Of a stretch of 64,000 bases of DNA, positions 1 through 9,764 are shown piece by piece. The notes beneath the pieces were generated by a model. It did not search any database, was not told where the DNA came from, and saw only the letters and a list, made by a program, of their open reading frames with translations. Source of the DNA: Micavibrio sp. Its GTDB lineage: Bacteria; Patescibacteriota; Minisyncoccia; Moranbacterales; GCA-2747515. The stretch is from assembly GCA_020718085.1 (NCBI GenBank), contig DYDB01000006.1:8510-72509 (forward strand). The letters run 5' to 3'. Numbering within the stretch: position 1 is the first letter of the stretch; each line of letters begins with the position of its first letter. Made by a program: the position numbers and the translations under genes.

Positions 1-2
1 TG

Positions 3-3000
3 GAATTCTGTGATGGCACAGATTGGGGCGCACTTGCAGCAGGAAGTGGAGGGGGAATTGATCAGCCGACGCTTTTGGAGGACTCATGGGTAAATACGAC
101 AGCAACTTTACCAACAACGCTATATCAATCTCAAACTGCAGTGATTGGTGATTATGTTTATCTTTTTGGAGGATATGGCGCTACTATAACGAATGCTATT
201 TATCGTGCCCCCATAACAAATCCAACTGCATGGGTCAACACAGGATCGGTGATCCCGAGCAATCTGTACAATTCTCAAATTGCAGTGATCGGTGATTATA
301 TCTATCTTTTTGGTGGACAAAATCCTTCTACGACCAATACTATTTTCCGGGCACCAATCTCAAATCCAACTGCATGGACAAACACGGGTGCGACATTACC
401 AGGCGCTTTGGACGGCTCTCAAGTTGCTGTCATCGGCAGCTACGTCTACCTCTTTGGTGGGTATAATGGGTCTGCATATACAAATGTCATCTATCGAGCC
501 CCTGTTTCCGATCCAACAGCGTGGGTGAATACAGGCAGTGTGCTCCCAAGCGCCTTGCGTGCCTCCCAAGTAGCAGTGATCGGCGACTACGTTTATCTTT
601 TCGGCGGACATAATGGTTCTGCTGTGGTTAGTACAATTTTCCGTGCACCAGTCTCCAATCCGACAGCATGGGTAAATACCAATGCTACACTCCCTGGAAT
701 AAATCATTGGGCGCAAGTGGCAATCATCGGCGACTATGTCTATCTCTTTGGCGGACATAATGGTGCAGCACTTAATTCCATTTTTCGTGCACCAGTCTCC
801 AGTCCGACATCATGGGTCAACACAACATCTGTTTTGCCGACGACAATGTATTATGCACAGCCGGTGACGATCATTGGCAACAATGTCTATCTCTTTGGTG
901 GTTATAATGCATCTGGTCCTACCAATCTCATCTACCGCGCAGAAATCAAATCAGACTACCCATCCCTCGCACAAAATCCAAGTTGGAAAACCAGATACTC
1001 CACAAACGGAAGTGGTTCCACCACATCCCTCAGTTCACTCTGGGATCTCGACAGTGATACAGGTATCCAAGTAGAAGAAAGTGCAGACGAAGACATGATC
1101 AGATTTGATACAAACGGTACAGAAAAAATGCGTATCGACTCACTCGGTAATCTCACACCATCCACAAACAACACAATCTCACTCGGTTCTTCCACAAACA
1201 GATGGAAAGACCTGTATCTAAACTCAAATTCTCTTCACATCGGCACAGACGGCAATGAAGTAACTTTAAGTTACAATGAGACCACACAAACTCTAGAAAC
1301 AAATCGTTCCATCAAAACACTGGGATCAATTCAATTAGGTGATGATGCATCAGCGTGCTCTATTACCAAAGAGGGTGCAATGAAATACAATAACTCTACG
1401 AAGGTCATGGAGTTCTGTGACGGCACGACATGGAGTGTGTTTGGCGGCGCAACAAGTAGTGGAGTAGAACAGCCAACATTGTTGGAGAGTTCTTTTGTGA
1501 GCGCAGGAACGACATTGCCGACTAATCTCGGCCAATCCCAAACTGCGGTCATCGGAGATTATATCTATCTCTTTGGTGGAAGAATTGCATCTGTATATAC
1601 AAATGTGATTTACCGTGCACCTGTTACGAATCCAACAGCATGGACAAATACTGGCGCGACACTTCCAGGAAATCTCGGAATTTCTCAAATAGCTGTCATC
1701 GGCGACTACGCCTATCTCTTTGGCGGGTACAACGGATCTGCTTTTACCAATGTGATCTACCGCGCTCCAATCACCAATCCACTTGCATGGACAAATACAG
1801 GGGCAACGATCCCAGGTAATTTGGCTTACTCTCAAATAGCTGTCATCGGCGACTACGCCTATCTCTTTGGCGGATATAATGGTTCTACTTATCTTAACGT
1901 GATCTATCGTGCACCTGTTACGAATCCAACAGCATGGACAAACACTGGCGCGACACTTCCAGGAAATCTCGGAACTTCTCAAATAGCTGTCATCGGCGAC
2001 TATGTCTATCTCTTTGGCGGGTACAACGGAACGGCTGTTACTAATGTTATTTATAAAGCGCCAATCTCAAATCCAACAGCATGGACAAACACTGGTTCAA
2101 CTCTTCCAATATCGGTACATGCACATGAAATGGCAGTTATTGGCAACTACATCTATCTCTATGGTGGTAACACGACAGCTGCAGTAAATACCATCTATCG
2201 CGCTTCAGTCAATAATCCAACCAACTGGACTGATACACGTGCAGTGCTTCCAGGTGTATTACACTATTCACAATCAGCGATCATCGGTAATTACATTTAT
2301 CTCTTTGGAGGCATCAATGCATCAGCTGATACAAATGTGATCTATCGCGCACAGATCAACAATAGCTACCCATCTCTCGCGCAAAATCCAGATTGGAAAA
2401 CCAGATATGCTACAAGCGGTAGTGGTAGTGAAAGCACGGTCTCCCTCACATCTCTGTGGGATGATAATGCAGATACAGGCATCCAAGTAGAAGAAAGTGC
2501 AGACGAGGATATGATCAGATTTGATACCAATGGCACTCAGCGTATGTTCATTAGTGAAATTGGTAATATCGGTATTGGCACAACTACACTGCCAACAACA
2601 GCAAAGCTCCAAATTACTAGCGCAGCAAGCAATGCATCAAACACACTGTTCACCACAAACGATTATGCACTCAACACTACGGGATCATCCCTCGCAATTG
2701 ATTTTGGTACAACCAGTGGTAACACCTACACACAACTCTCTGCAAAAAGCGCAGGTGGTTCAGCATGGAATAACCTCGTATTGCAAGGTGGTGGGGGAAA
2801 TGTGGGAATTGGAACAACGACACCATCAGCACTTCTCGACCTTCAGAAAGCAGGTACAGCAAAATCTAATCTCGATATTCTCGAACTCACCAACAGTGCC
2901 AATGCAGCAGATATGGACACAACACAAACATCGATCCTCTTCAATCAATATTACTATGATGCAACTACACCGGCAGTAGCAGACTCAGCACGTCTTACAG

Positions 3001-4334
3001 TTGGCGCAGAACAGGATTGGACATCTACCGCTACAACGCAGGATTCTTTCATGTCATTTGCTACTGCACTTGATGGGGCACTTAGTGAAAAGGTACGGAT
3101 TACGAGCGGGGGCAATATGGGGCTTGGAACGGGAACACCTGGGGCAACACTTGATATCGCAAGCCTAATAGGGTCCAATACTCCTGGTTTAAATCATAAG
3201 TTACGATTTTCATATGGAGGTACAGGCCTGTTTGGTTGGCGGGTAGATTCTGGTAATGCTACTTTAGTTTTGGATAGTTTCGATTATTCATCAGTGTGGA
3301 ATCCAACGATATCAGTTCTAAGAAATGTTGGTTATGTAGGTATTGGCACGGCATCACCCACCCAAAAACTAACCGTCTACAACGGATCCACAACAGGCAC
3401 CTACACCACAACAGGATGGGTCCACTCATCAGATGAAAGACTAAAAACCAACATCGCATCAATCGATGATCCACTACAAAAAGTCCTTCAACTCGATGAT
3501 GTCTATTTCAATTGGAAGGCAAATCCAAATAGCGACAGACAAATTGGGTTCATCGCACAAGATGTGCAAAAGATCATTCCGGAAGTTGTCGTAGGAAACG
3601 ACAAAGATGGCTATGGAATTTCTTATGGTAATATCACAGCACTTCTCGTGGGTGCAATGCAAGAACAAAACACACTCATCGAAACAAACACAAACGACCT
3701 TACCACAAAAGCCACAGCCACATCACTAGCAGACTTGCAAAATATGACAGATGCACAATTCACAGAAACATCTGAGATCCTGAAACAAGTTCAGGATGAC
3801 ACATTAGAACTCCAACAAGAAGCAAACACACAATCAAACATTCTCACACAAATTCAACTCGATCTCACAGAACTACAAGCAGGTATAGACATGCTCACAA
3901 CACTTGGCACAATAGATGCACTCAAGCTCAGTGAACTTCTCGCAATCGATCCAAACACACTTCTCATCGCAACAGAAGAAGGCGATCTCACAATTACAGG
4001 CATCATGACAACACAACAGATCATCACAGATGAAATTGAAACAAAAAAGTTCACGATCAATGATGATGTCACGACAAAAGACGAAAATGATGAAGAGATC
4101 AGCGCAGCATCTGTAGGCACAGCAACCATTCCCGCACATGAAACGGAAACAACTGTAGAAACAGCGGCAATTACAGATACTAGTAGGGTTTTTGTGACGG
4201 CGCGCGGAGATGAGGCTGTGGATGTTACGCTCACTGTTACAGATATAAAAGATGGTATGTGCACAGTGCGCATCCCTGAAGAAAAAGAGCAAGAAGTCAT
4301 CTTTGATTGGTTTGTGGTAAGTGGAAAGGAGTAG
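3..4334 (+). CDS. Large surface/fibre protein with two Kelch-like 6-repeat beta-propeller modules and a peptidase S74-type intramolecular chaperone domain; 5'-truncated by the window edge
   Basis: The frame is open from position 3 (EFCDGTDWG...QPTLLE matches the internal copy MEFCDGTTW...QPTLLE), so the gene starts upstream of the window. Twelve ~49-aa repeats of W.NTGA.LP...VIGDY.YLFGG....NVIYRAP; GNVGIGT repeats; S74 motif SDERLKTNI...IGFIAQDVQKIIPEVV...ISY. Confidence 0.8.
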   Translation, partial: EFCDGTDWGALAAGSGGGIDQPTLLEDSWVNTTATLPTTLYQSQTAVIGDYVYLFGGYGATITNAIYRAPITNPTAWVNTGSVIPSNLYNSQIAVIGDYIYLFGGQNPSTTNTIFRAPISNPTAWTNTGATLPGALDGSQVAVIGSYVYLFGGYNGSAYTNVIYRAPVSDPTAWVNTGSVLPSALRASQVAVIGDYVYLFGGHNGSAVVSTIFRAPVSNPTAWVNTNATLPGINHWAQVAIIGDYVYLFGGHNGAALNSIFRAPVSSPTSWVNTTSVLPTTMYYAQPVTIIGNNVYLFGGYNASGPTNLIYRAEIKSDYPSLAQNPSWKTRYSTNGSGSTTSLSSLWDLDSDTGIQVEESADEDMIRFDTNGTEKMRIDSLGNLTPSTNNTISLGSSTNRWKDLYLNSNSLHIGTDGNEVTLSYNETTQTLETNRSIKTLGSIQLGDDASACSITKEGAMKYNNSTKVMEFCDGTTWSVFGGATSSGVEQPTLLESSFVSAGTTLPTNLGQSQTAVIGDYIYLFGGRIASVYTNVIYRAPVTNPTAWTNTGATLPGNLGISQIAVIGDYAYLFGGYNGSAFTNVIYRAPITNPLAWTNTGATIPGNLAYSQIAVIGDYAYLFGGYNGSTYLNVIYRAPVTNPTAWTNTGATLPGNLGTSQIAVIGDYVYLFGGYNGTAVTNVIYKAPISNPTAWTNTGSTLPISVHAHEMAVIGNYIYLYGGNTTAAVNTIYRASVNNPTNWTDTRAVLPGVLHYSQSAIIGNYIYLFGGINASADTNVIYRAQINNSYPSLAQNPDWKTRYATSGSGSESTVSLTSLWDDNADTGIQVEESADEDMIRFDTNGTQRMFISEIGNIGIGTTTLPTTAKLQITSAASNASNTLFTTNDYALNTTGSSLAIDFGTTSGNTYTQLSAKSAGGSAWNNLVLQGGGGNVGIGTTTPSALLDLQKAGTAKSNLDILELTNSANAADMDTTQTSILFNQYYYDATTPAVADSARLTVGAEQDWTSTATTQDSFMSFATALDGALSEKVRITSGGNMGLGTGTPGATLDIASLIGSNTPGLNHKLRFSYGGTGLFGWRVDSGNATLVLDSFDYSSVWNPTISVLRNVGYVGIGTASPTQKLTVYNGSTTGTYTTTGWVHSSDERLKTNIASIDDPLQKVLQLDDVYFNWKANPNSDRQIGFIAQDVQKIIPEVVVGNDKDGYGISYGNITALLVGAMQEQNTLIETNTNDLTTKATATSLADLQNMTDAQFTETSEILKQVQDDTLELQQEANTQSNILTQIQLDLTELQAGIDMLTTLGTIDALKLSELLAIDPNTLLIATEEGDLTITGIMTTQQIITDEIETKKFTINDDVTTKDENDEEISAASVGTATIPAHETETTVETAAITDTSRVFVTARGDEAVDVTLTVTDIKDGMCTVRIPEEKEQEVIFDWFVVSGKE
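1640..2090 (+). repeat. Near-identical 147-bp tandem intragenic repeats (Kelch blades)
   Basis: The string ctcaaatagctgtcatcggcgacta...tatctctttggcgg recurs at 147-bp spacing (~1685, ~1832, ~1979). Confidence 0.8.
3774..3801 (+). repeat. RPE/REP-like palindromic half-element read in-frame (EILKQVQDD)
   Basis: gagATCCTGAAacaagTTCAGGATgaca is a perfect 8-bp inverted repeat with GAGAT...ATGACA ends like the elements at 4466, 24143 and 33011. Confidence 0.55.
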
Positions 4335-4374
4335 TCATAGCTTCTGTAAAGCAAAGTTCAACATTCTGCTAGTA

Positions 4375-4410
4375 CCCTCACCCCAACCCTCTCCCAGAGG
4401 GAGAGGGGGC
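4375..4410. repeat. GC-rich REP-like palindrome (CCCTCACCCCAACCCTCTCCCAGAGGGAGAGGGGGC)
   Basis: Hairpin CCCTCTCCC/GGGAGAGGG; 34 of 36 nt identical to the copy inside ileS at 34730-34765. Confidence 0.75.
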
Positions 4411-4465
4411 TAAAATAGGAGAACTTTTATATAGGGATCATACTAAATAGAAATGTAAAAATTAG

Positions 4466-4583
4466 GTCATTGCGAGTGAAATGTAATATAGCGAAGCAAT
4501 CTCCTAAAATTATCAATAATCTGTAATACAAAGAGACTACCAAGAATATTTTCGATGATCATCGAAAGTGTTCTTGCAATGAC
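4466..4583. repeat. RPE-like palindromic element (GTCATTGCGAG...CGAAGCAATCTC...CTTGCAATGAC)
   Basis: Terminal inverted repeat gtcattgcgag/cttgcaatgac and an inner hairpin caagaatattttcgatgatcatcgaaagtgttcttg; same end motifs as 24143-24177. Confidence 0.6.
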
Positions 4584-4604
4584 AATGTAGGGTCTTCCAG
4601 GAAA

Positions 4605-4631
4605 TTAGCACTCTCTTCAAGAGATTGCTAA
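4605..4631 (+). promoter_or_regulatory. CIRCE element (HrcA operator) upstream of dnaJ
   Basis: TTAGCACTC-N9-GATTGCTAA has one mismatch to the consensus TTAGCACTC-N9-GAGTGCTAA and lies ~70 bp upstream of dnaJ. Confidence 0.9.
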
Positions 4632-4700
4632 TTTTTATTTTACATGATAATATGTGTATTATATTGATCACAGATTACTCGTTACGTATTACGAAAAACT

Positions 4701-5783
4701 ATGTCAAAAAACTATTATGATATTCTTGGTGTGTCCAAAAGTGCTTCTGCAGCTGAAATTAAAAAGGCATATCGCACATTGGCACACAAACATCATCCCG
4801 ATAAAAATGGTGGGGATGAGGCAAAATTCAAAGAGGTAAATGAGGCATATCAAGTTTTGTCAAACAAAGAGAAGCGTGCGCAATATGATCAGTTCGGACA
4901 AACTTTCAACGGCACCAATGGCGGACAAAGCGGTTTTGGCGGATACGATTTTTCGCAGTTTCAACAAGGATTTGGCAGTCAAGGATTTGAATTTAATTTT
5001 GGAGGAGATGGCATGGGAGATATTTTTTCGGAAATGTTTGGCGGAGGGGGTCGTCGCAGTCGTCGTGGACGTGATGTGCAAGTGGATGTGGAGATCAGTT
5101 TTGCAGAAATGATCCATGGTGTGAAAAAGGAAATTACCATATTTAAATCTGTGCGGTGTGATCATTGTGATGGTAAGGGTGGTGAGCCGGGAAGTAATGC
5201 ACATACATGTGCCACTTGTCAGGGAAGCGGACATATGCAAAAACGCATGCAAACAATTCTTGGTACGATCGCGCAAACGGTCGTGTGTGATACATGTGGT
5301 GGAAGAGGAAAAACATTTGATAAAAAGTGTACAAAATGCAAAGGTGTGGGACACTATCGCGAAGAAGTGCGCGAAAGCATAGATATTCCCGCCGGCATTC
5401 ATGATGGACAGGCAATTGCGATATCTGGACGTGGTGAAGTTGGTGAAAGTGGTTCAATGGCAGGAGATCTTATTGTGTCAGTACATGTTGTACCGGATCA
5501 TCGATTTACACGAGATGGTAATGATATTCATACAAAAAAACACGTGTCTTTTTCGCAAGCTGCACTTGGAGATAAAGTAATGGTGGAAACGGTGGATGGT
5601 GAAGTAAAAATGAAAATCCCGGCAGGTACACAATCTGGAGAGATTTATCGCATGCGTGGGAAAGGTGTGCCAAAACTACAAAGCATCGGTCGCGGAGATC
5701 ATTTAGTGGAGATCATTGTGGATGTTCCGACAAAACTTTCTCGCGAAGCAAAAAAACTTATTGAACAGTTGCGCGAATTATAG
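4701..5783 (+). CDS. dnaJ: Molecular chaperone DnaJ
   Basis: J-domain with HPD motif, G/F-rich region, four CxxCxGxG zinc-finger repeats and a C-terminal domain. Confidence 0.97.
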   Translation: MSKNYYDILGVSKSASAAEIKKAYRTLAHKHHPDKNGGDEAKFKEVNEAYQVLSNKEKRAQYDQFGQTFNGTNGGQSGFGGYDFSQFQQGFGSQGFEFNFGGDGMGDIFSEMFGGGGRRSRRGRDVQVDVEISFAEMIHGVKKEITIFKSVRCDHCDGKGGEPGSNAHTCATCQGSGHMQKRMQTILGTIAQTVVCDTCGGRGKTFDKKCTKCKGVGHYREEVRESIDIPAGIHDGQAIAISGRGEVGESGSMAGDLIVSVHVVPDHRFTRDGNDIHTKKHVSFSQAALGDKVMVETVDGEVKMKIPAGTQSGEIYRMRGKGVPKLQSIGRGDHLVEIIVDVPTKLSREAKKLIEQLREL

Positions 5784-5792
5784 AACTTTTTC

Positions 5793-6431
5793 ATGGAAAA
5801 AGAGATAGAAGAAATCATACGTGTCTTGAGTGGTGGCGGTATCGGCGTGATGCCAACGGATACGATCTATGGCCTTGTGGCAGGTGCACATGATGTACAA
5901 GCTGTGGAAAAAGTATATCAACTAAAGGGTCGAGCACCACAGCGACCGTTTCTTGTGCTTGTTGCACATATTGCACAAATTGAAGAATTTGACATTGTAT
6001 TGAGCGAACAGCAGAAAAATATTCTCACAGGGATTTGGACTGCTGAAAGTGGATATTACGCAAAAGTAGTGGATTTACAATATGCTGTTGTTGAAAGAAG
6101 CAATCGTCCGATCAGCGTAGTGATTCCATGCATGAGCGATAAATATTCCTATATTCATCGAGGGCAAAACTCAATCGGTTTTCGTCTTGTTGCCCAGCAA
6201 AATGAGATCTGTCACAGCATGTATGTGCATGAGATTCTGAAAAAGACTGGACCGATCATTGCAACGAGTGCGAATATTTCTGGTCAACCTTTTGCAAGAA
6301 CAATTGAGCAGGCACGTATATATTTTGGGGACGCATGTGATTTTTATGTAAAAAAAGTTCATAGTTTACATGCACAGCCGTCAGTTGTGGCATCTCTCAA
6401 TGATGATGCGCTTACAATTGTGCGTGCATAA
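5793..6431 (+). CDS. tsaC: L-threonylcarbamoyladenylate synthase (Sua5/YrdC/TsaC family)
   Basis: Motifs PTDTIYGL, KGR, IGFR and ATSANISG. Confidence 0.88.
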   Translation: MEKEIEEIIRVLSGGGIGVMPTDTIYGLVAGAHDVQAVEKVYQLKGRAPQRPFLVLVAHIAQIEEFDIVLSEQQKNILTGIWTAESGYYAKVVDLQYAVVERSNRPISVVIPCMSDKYSYIHRGQNSIGFRLVAQQNEICHSMYVHEILKKTGPIIATSANISGQPFARTIEQARIYFGDACDFYVKKVHSLHAQPSVVASLNDDALTIVRA

Positions 6432-6509
6432 GTGAGTTGTATATGATAAAATATGATCATTCTGATGCTCTCAGGATCTATATTTTTGATAATCTATAAA
6501 AATAAAAGA

Positions 6510-7190
6510 ATGAAAAAAGGAATCCTAAATGTTTGCGTGTGTTTTTTAATGAGTATTTTTTTCTTTATAAATGTTGCACACGCCGCAACTGTGGCTGTGC
6601 CGAATGTAAAGATCAAAAAACAAAAAGACACATCGGTTACTTTGCAGGTGATATCAACAGATCTTGCAAAAAAGGATGTAAAGATCAAAGTGAAAATTGA
6701 AAATCAAGACAATGACACGTCGACGACTAAAACATTCGATGTAAAATTGAAAAAGACCGGAAAGGTGGATGTAAAAATTGACGGACTCACAAAGGATCAG
6801 GAGTATTCTTTTAAGGCTATGATCAAGAAATCATCCGGTGGCAGTTATTCTGCATATTCTGATGCCGTGTCTATCAATGAAAGTGGCAACGATTCATATA
6901 GTGCAAAAATTGGTACATCGGATATTTCATCAAGTTCGTTTGTACTTAAAATGACATCTGCAACACTCAAGAAAAAAGATGTAAAGATCAAGGTGCGGAT
7001 TGAGAATGAGGATACAGATAAGACTGAGACGCGCATCTTTAGTGCAAAGTTAGATAAGAAAGGCAGCACAAAGGTGACTATTGATGGACTCACTGGTGAT
7101 ACGGAGTATAAAGTAAAAGCTGCGATCAAAAAGAAAAAAGATAATACATACTCATCATTTTCCGGTGAGAGATCAATCACCACAGATTAA
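6510..7190 (+). CDS. Secreted Lys-rich protein with two fibronectin type III-like repeats
   Basis: Signal peptide MKKG...VAHA; internal duplication KKDVKIKV.IEN.D.D....F..KL.K.G...V.IDGLT.D.EY..KA.IKK. Confidence 0.6.
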   Translation: MKKGILNVCVCFLMSIFFFINVAHAATVAVPNVKIKKQKDTSVTLQVISTDLAKKDVKIKVKIENQDNDTSTTKTFDVKLKKTGKVDVKIDGLTKDQEYSFKAMIKKSSGGSYSAYSDAVSINESGNDSYSAKIGTSDISSSSFVLKMTSATLKKKDVKIKVRIENEDTDKTETRIFSAKLDKKGSTKVTIDGLTGDTEYKVKAAIKKKKDNTYSSFSGERSITTD

Positions 7191-7208
7191 TAGAAAATTC
7201 ATAAATAT

Positions 7209-7235
7209 AAAAAGAGAGTGTGAACTCTCTTTTTT
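7209..7235 (+). terminator. Intrinsic terminator
   Basis: Hairpin aaaaagagagt-gtga-actctcttttt directly after the stop codon. Confidence 0.7.
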
Positions 7236-7272
7236 AATATGTTAGACAACCTTCATTATTGCTTAAAAAACA

Positions 7273-7301
7273 TTGACTTTTTTAGGTTTTTAATGTAAAA
7301 T
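7273..7301 (+). promoter_or_regulatory. Sigma70-type promoter for the hybrid kinase
   Basis: TTGACT-17bp-TAAAAT, followed by an AGGAGG ribosome-binding site before ATG 7366. Confidence 0.55.
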
Positions 7302-7365
7302 GCAAAATCTCAGTTTTTTTAACAATAAAAGAAATCTATAACAATGTGATATAGGAGGATATATC

Positions 7366-9447
7366 ATGAAAATATGCGGATTTACGGTAATTTTTTTGGT
7401 GTATGGTGGTGTACTTCTGACAATACATACATACACAGATCACAGATTTACAGGAATCATCTTTTTCGGTTCATTGATCATTTGTGGCATAATTTTTGGC
7501 TACATGTGTGAAAAAAAGACGCGTGATCAAAAAAAGTATGAGAGCATCATCACGCAACTGCAACAAAATGTTGTTTCATGTGAGCAAAGACAATCAGATC
7601 TCTACTTTTCACGTTCGCCATTGGCAGTGATCGAGTGGAATACGGATTTTGTTGTGCGGTCATGGAATAAAAAAGCAGAGGAAGTTTTCGGTTATACGGC
7701 AGAAGAAATGATCGGTCAACATGCATCAAGAATCATACCAATGCAATATCAGGATAGGGCAATGGATGTAATGCGCGCTATTCTCATACATGATGAGAGC
7801 CAACAAAACATCTTTAAAAATTTTACCAAGGATGGTGAGGAGATCTATTGCGAATGGTTTAATACGCCGATTACAGATGTACATGGACATGTAACGGTGT
7901 ATTCACTTGTTCAAGATATTACGCAAAAAAAGCGAGCAGAGATCGCTTTGCGAGAAAACAAGAACAAGCTTGATGATATCTTCAACGCATTACATGATAT
8001 GGTATATGTCATTGAACCCGACGGATTTATAAGTTACGCAAATCCAAAATCCTATGATCTACTGGGGATTCCTGTGGAAGAATACGGCACTGTGCATTTT
8101 TCTCAACTTCTTGATGAGGAGGAGCAAATAATTGCACGTAAGAGGATCGCATTTCTATTGACGGAAAATGGCAGGATGACCACACCGCAAGTTTACCATT
8201 TGAAAAAAAGAGGAAATGATGATCAGCGGCTACCCGTTGAGATCATCACTGTGCCATTTAAAGAGAATGGAGTAAGAAAAGTTCTGGGGGTGGCAAGATT
8301 AATTTCAGAACGTCTGGAACTGGATCATGAGCGAGCGCGTAGCCAACGTATGCAGTCAATTAGTATTTTGGCCGGCGGCGTAGCACATGATTTTAACAAC
8401 TTGCTCATGGCAATTAGTGGCAATGTATCTCTTATGATGCATAATGGAAAAGATTCTGCTGAAAAATACTGTGAGAAAATCCTTGTTGCTGTAGAACGTG
8501 CAACAGGACTCACGCAACAGTTAAGTGCACTTGCAAAAGGAGGTGTTTCCATAAAGCAAGTGGCATTTATTTCCGATGTTGTGCAACAGACAGCAATGAT
8601 CATTGGTGATAGCACACAAAGTCGTTTCAGATTTGACTTTGAAGAAAGCTTAAAGCCGTGCTTCATTGATCAAAAAAAGATCGGTCAGGTATTTCAAAAT
8701 CTTTTCATCAATGCGAGTCACGCGATGCCCGGTGGGGGAATTATTCACGTTACCGGGGAAAACATAGATCTCGAAGAAGATAATCAATTTCTTCTGAAGT
8801 CTGGTAGTTACGTGCATGTTTCTGTGCGAGATTCTGGAACAGGCATTGCGGAGAAGTATCTATCGCGCATCTTTGAACCATATTTCACGACAAAGAGTGC
8901 GGGAGAAGGAACGGGATTGGGATTATATGTTGTATATTCTATTGTTGTAGAGCATGGTGGGCATATTGGTGTAAAATCAAAAGCTGATAAAGGAACAACA
9001 TTCCATATATATTTACCAGCAACTGAACTTATTGTAGAAAAAGAGCAAACGCTCGTGGAGGAAAAATTGCAAGGGAAAAAACTATCCATTCTTGCTGTGG
9101 ATGATATGGAAATGAATAGGGAGTTGCTTGCAGAAATGTCTCGTGCAATTGGACATGCATGTGATGTTGCAGCTGATGGCAGAGAAGGGTTAACTCTTTA
9201 TAAGAAGGCAATGGAGGCCAAAAAACCTTATGATCTGGTAATTACAGACCTGACAATTCCCGGCGGTATGGGTGGCGCGGAGTTTATTGAAGAGCTGCGA
9301 AAAATTCGTGAGAGTGTTATTGTGATCGTATCTTCTGGGTATTCAGATCATATGCCGGAGAATGTCGCTGGTTCTTTGCCAAAACCATTCAGCTTTCAAG
9401 CCATGCAAAAAGTGATTTATCGTGCCATGCAGTCTGACGTGACATGA
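7366..9447 (+). CDS. Membrane hybrid sensor histidine kinase (2 TM, PAS, PAS, HisKA, HATPase, REC)
   Basis: H-box AGGVAHDFNNLL, N-box QVFQNLFINA, G-boxes DSGTGI and GTGLGL, F-box FEPYFTTK; receiver domain VDD...DLTIPG...KPF. Confidence 0.93.
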   Translation: MKICGFTVIFLVYGGVLLTIHTYTDHRFTGIIFFGSLIICGIIFGYMCEKKTRDQKKYESIITQLQQNVVSCEQRQSDLYFSRSPLAVIEWNTDFVVRSWNKKAEEVFGYTAEEMIGQHASRIIPMQYQDRAMDVMRAILIHDESQQNIFKNFTKDGEEIYCEWFNTPITDVHGHVTVYSLVQDITQKKRAEIALRENKNKLDDIFNALHDMVYVIEPDGFISYANPKSYDLLGIPVEEYGTVHFSQLLDEEEQIIARKRIAFLLTENGRMTTPQVYHLKKRGNDDQRLPVEIITVPFKENGVRKVLGVARLISERLELDHERARSQRMQSISILAGGVAHDFNNLLMAISGNVSLMMHNGKDSAEKYCEKILVAVERATGLTQQLSALAKGGVSIKQVAFISDVVQQTAMIIGDSTQSRFRFDFEESLKPCFIDQKKIGQVFQNLFINASHAMPGGGIIHVTGENIDLEEDNQFLLKSGSYVHVSVRDSGTGIAEKYLSRIFEPYFTTKSAGEGTGLGLYVVYSIVVEHGGHIGVKSKADKGTTFHIYLPATELIVEKEQTLVEEKLQGKKLSILAVDDMEMNRELLAEMSRAIGHACDVAADGREGLTLYKKAMEAKKPYDLVITDLTIPGGMGGAEFIEELRKIRESVIVIVSSGYSDHMPENVAGSLPKPFSFQAMQKVIYRAMQSDVT

Positions 9448-9468
9448 TAAACTGAAAAATATCAGACG

Positions 9469-9503
9469 CGGACCATTTCTTTTTAAAGAGATGGTCCGTT
9501 TTT
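9469..9503 (+). terminator. Intrinsic terminator
   Basis: Stem cggaccatttcttt/aaagagatggtccg followed by a T-run. Confidence 0.7.
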
Positions 9504-9764
9504 ATATAAAAGTTTTTTCACTATAGGGAAATAATAAAGGTATGCAAAATGTGGTCTTCTTAAATTTTTTTATATACTCTCTAAGGATAGCGGAATATGC
9601 AGATTTCTTTTTTTACCAAACGGAAGTATCGCCCTGAGAGAGTTTGGAACTTTAAGGTATTTACAAAATGCAAAAAGTATGGTAGAAAAAAGAGCTGACA
9701 ATGGGATCAGTTAGATTAAGGCAGTTCTTGAACAATTACATAATACAACAGAGAGGTGTTGGCG

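Noticed and set aside
75-2360. Regularly spaced ~147-bp repeats as a possible CRISPR array or DGR template/variable repeats
   Set aside because: They are in-frame Kelch-like coding repeats with no unique spacers and no evident adenine-specific variation, and no cas or reverse transcriptase gene is present.
3400-3680. Prophage inferred from the tailspike chaperone domain
   Set aside because: No other phage genes follow and the next gene is dnaJ; upstream context is outside the window.
9540-9750. c-di-GMP riboswitch upstream of the chemoreceptor
   Set aside because: Only a loose ctctct/gagagag pairing is present; no recognisable GEMM motifs.
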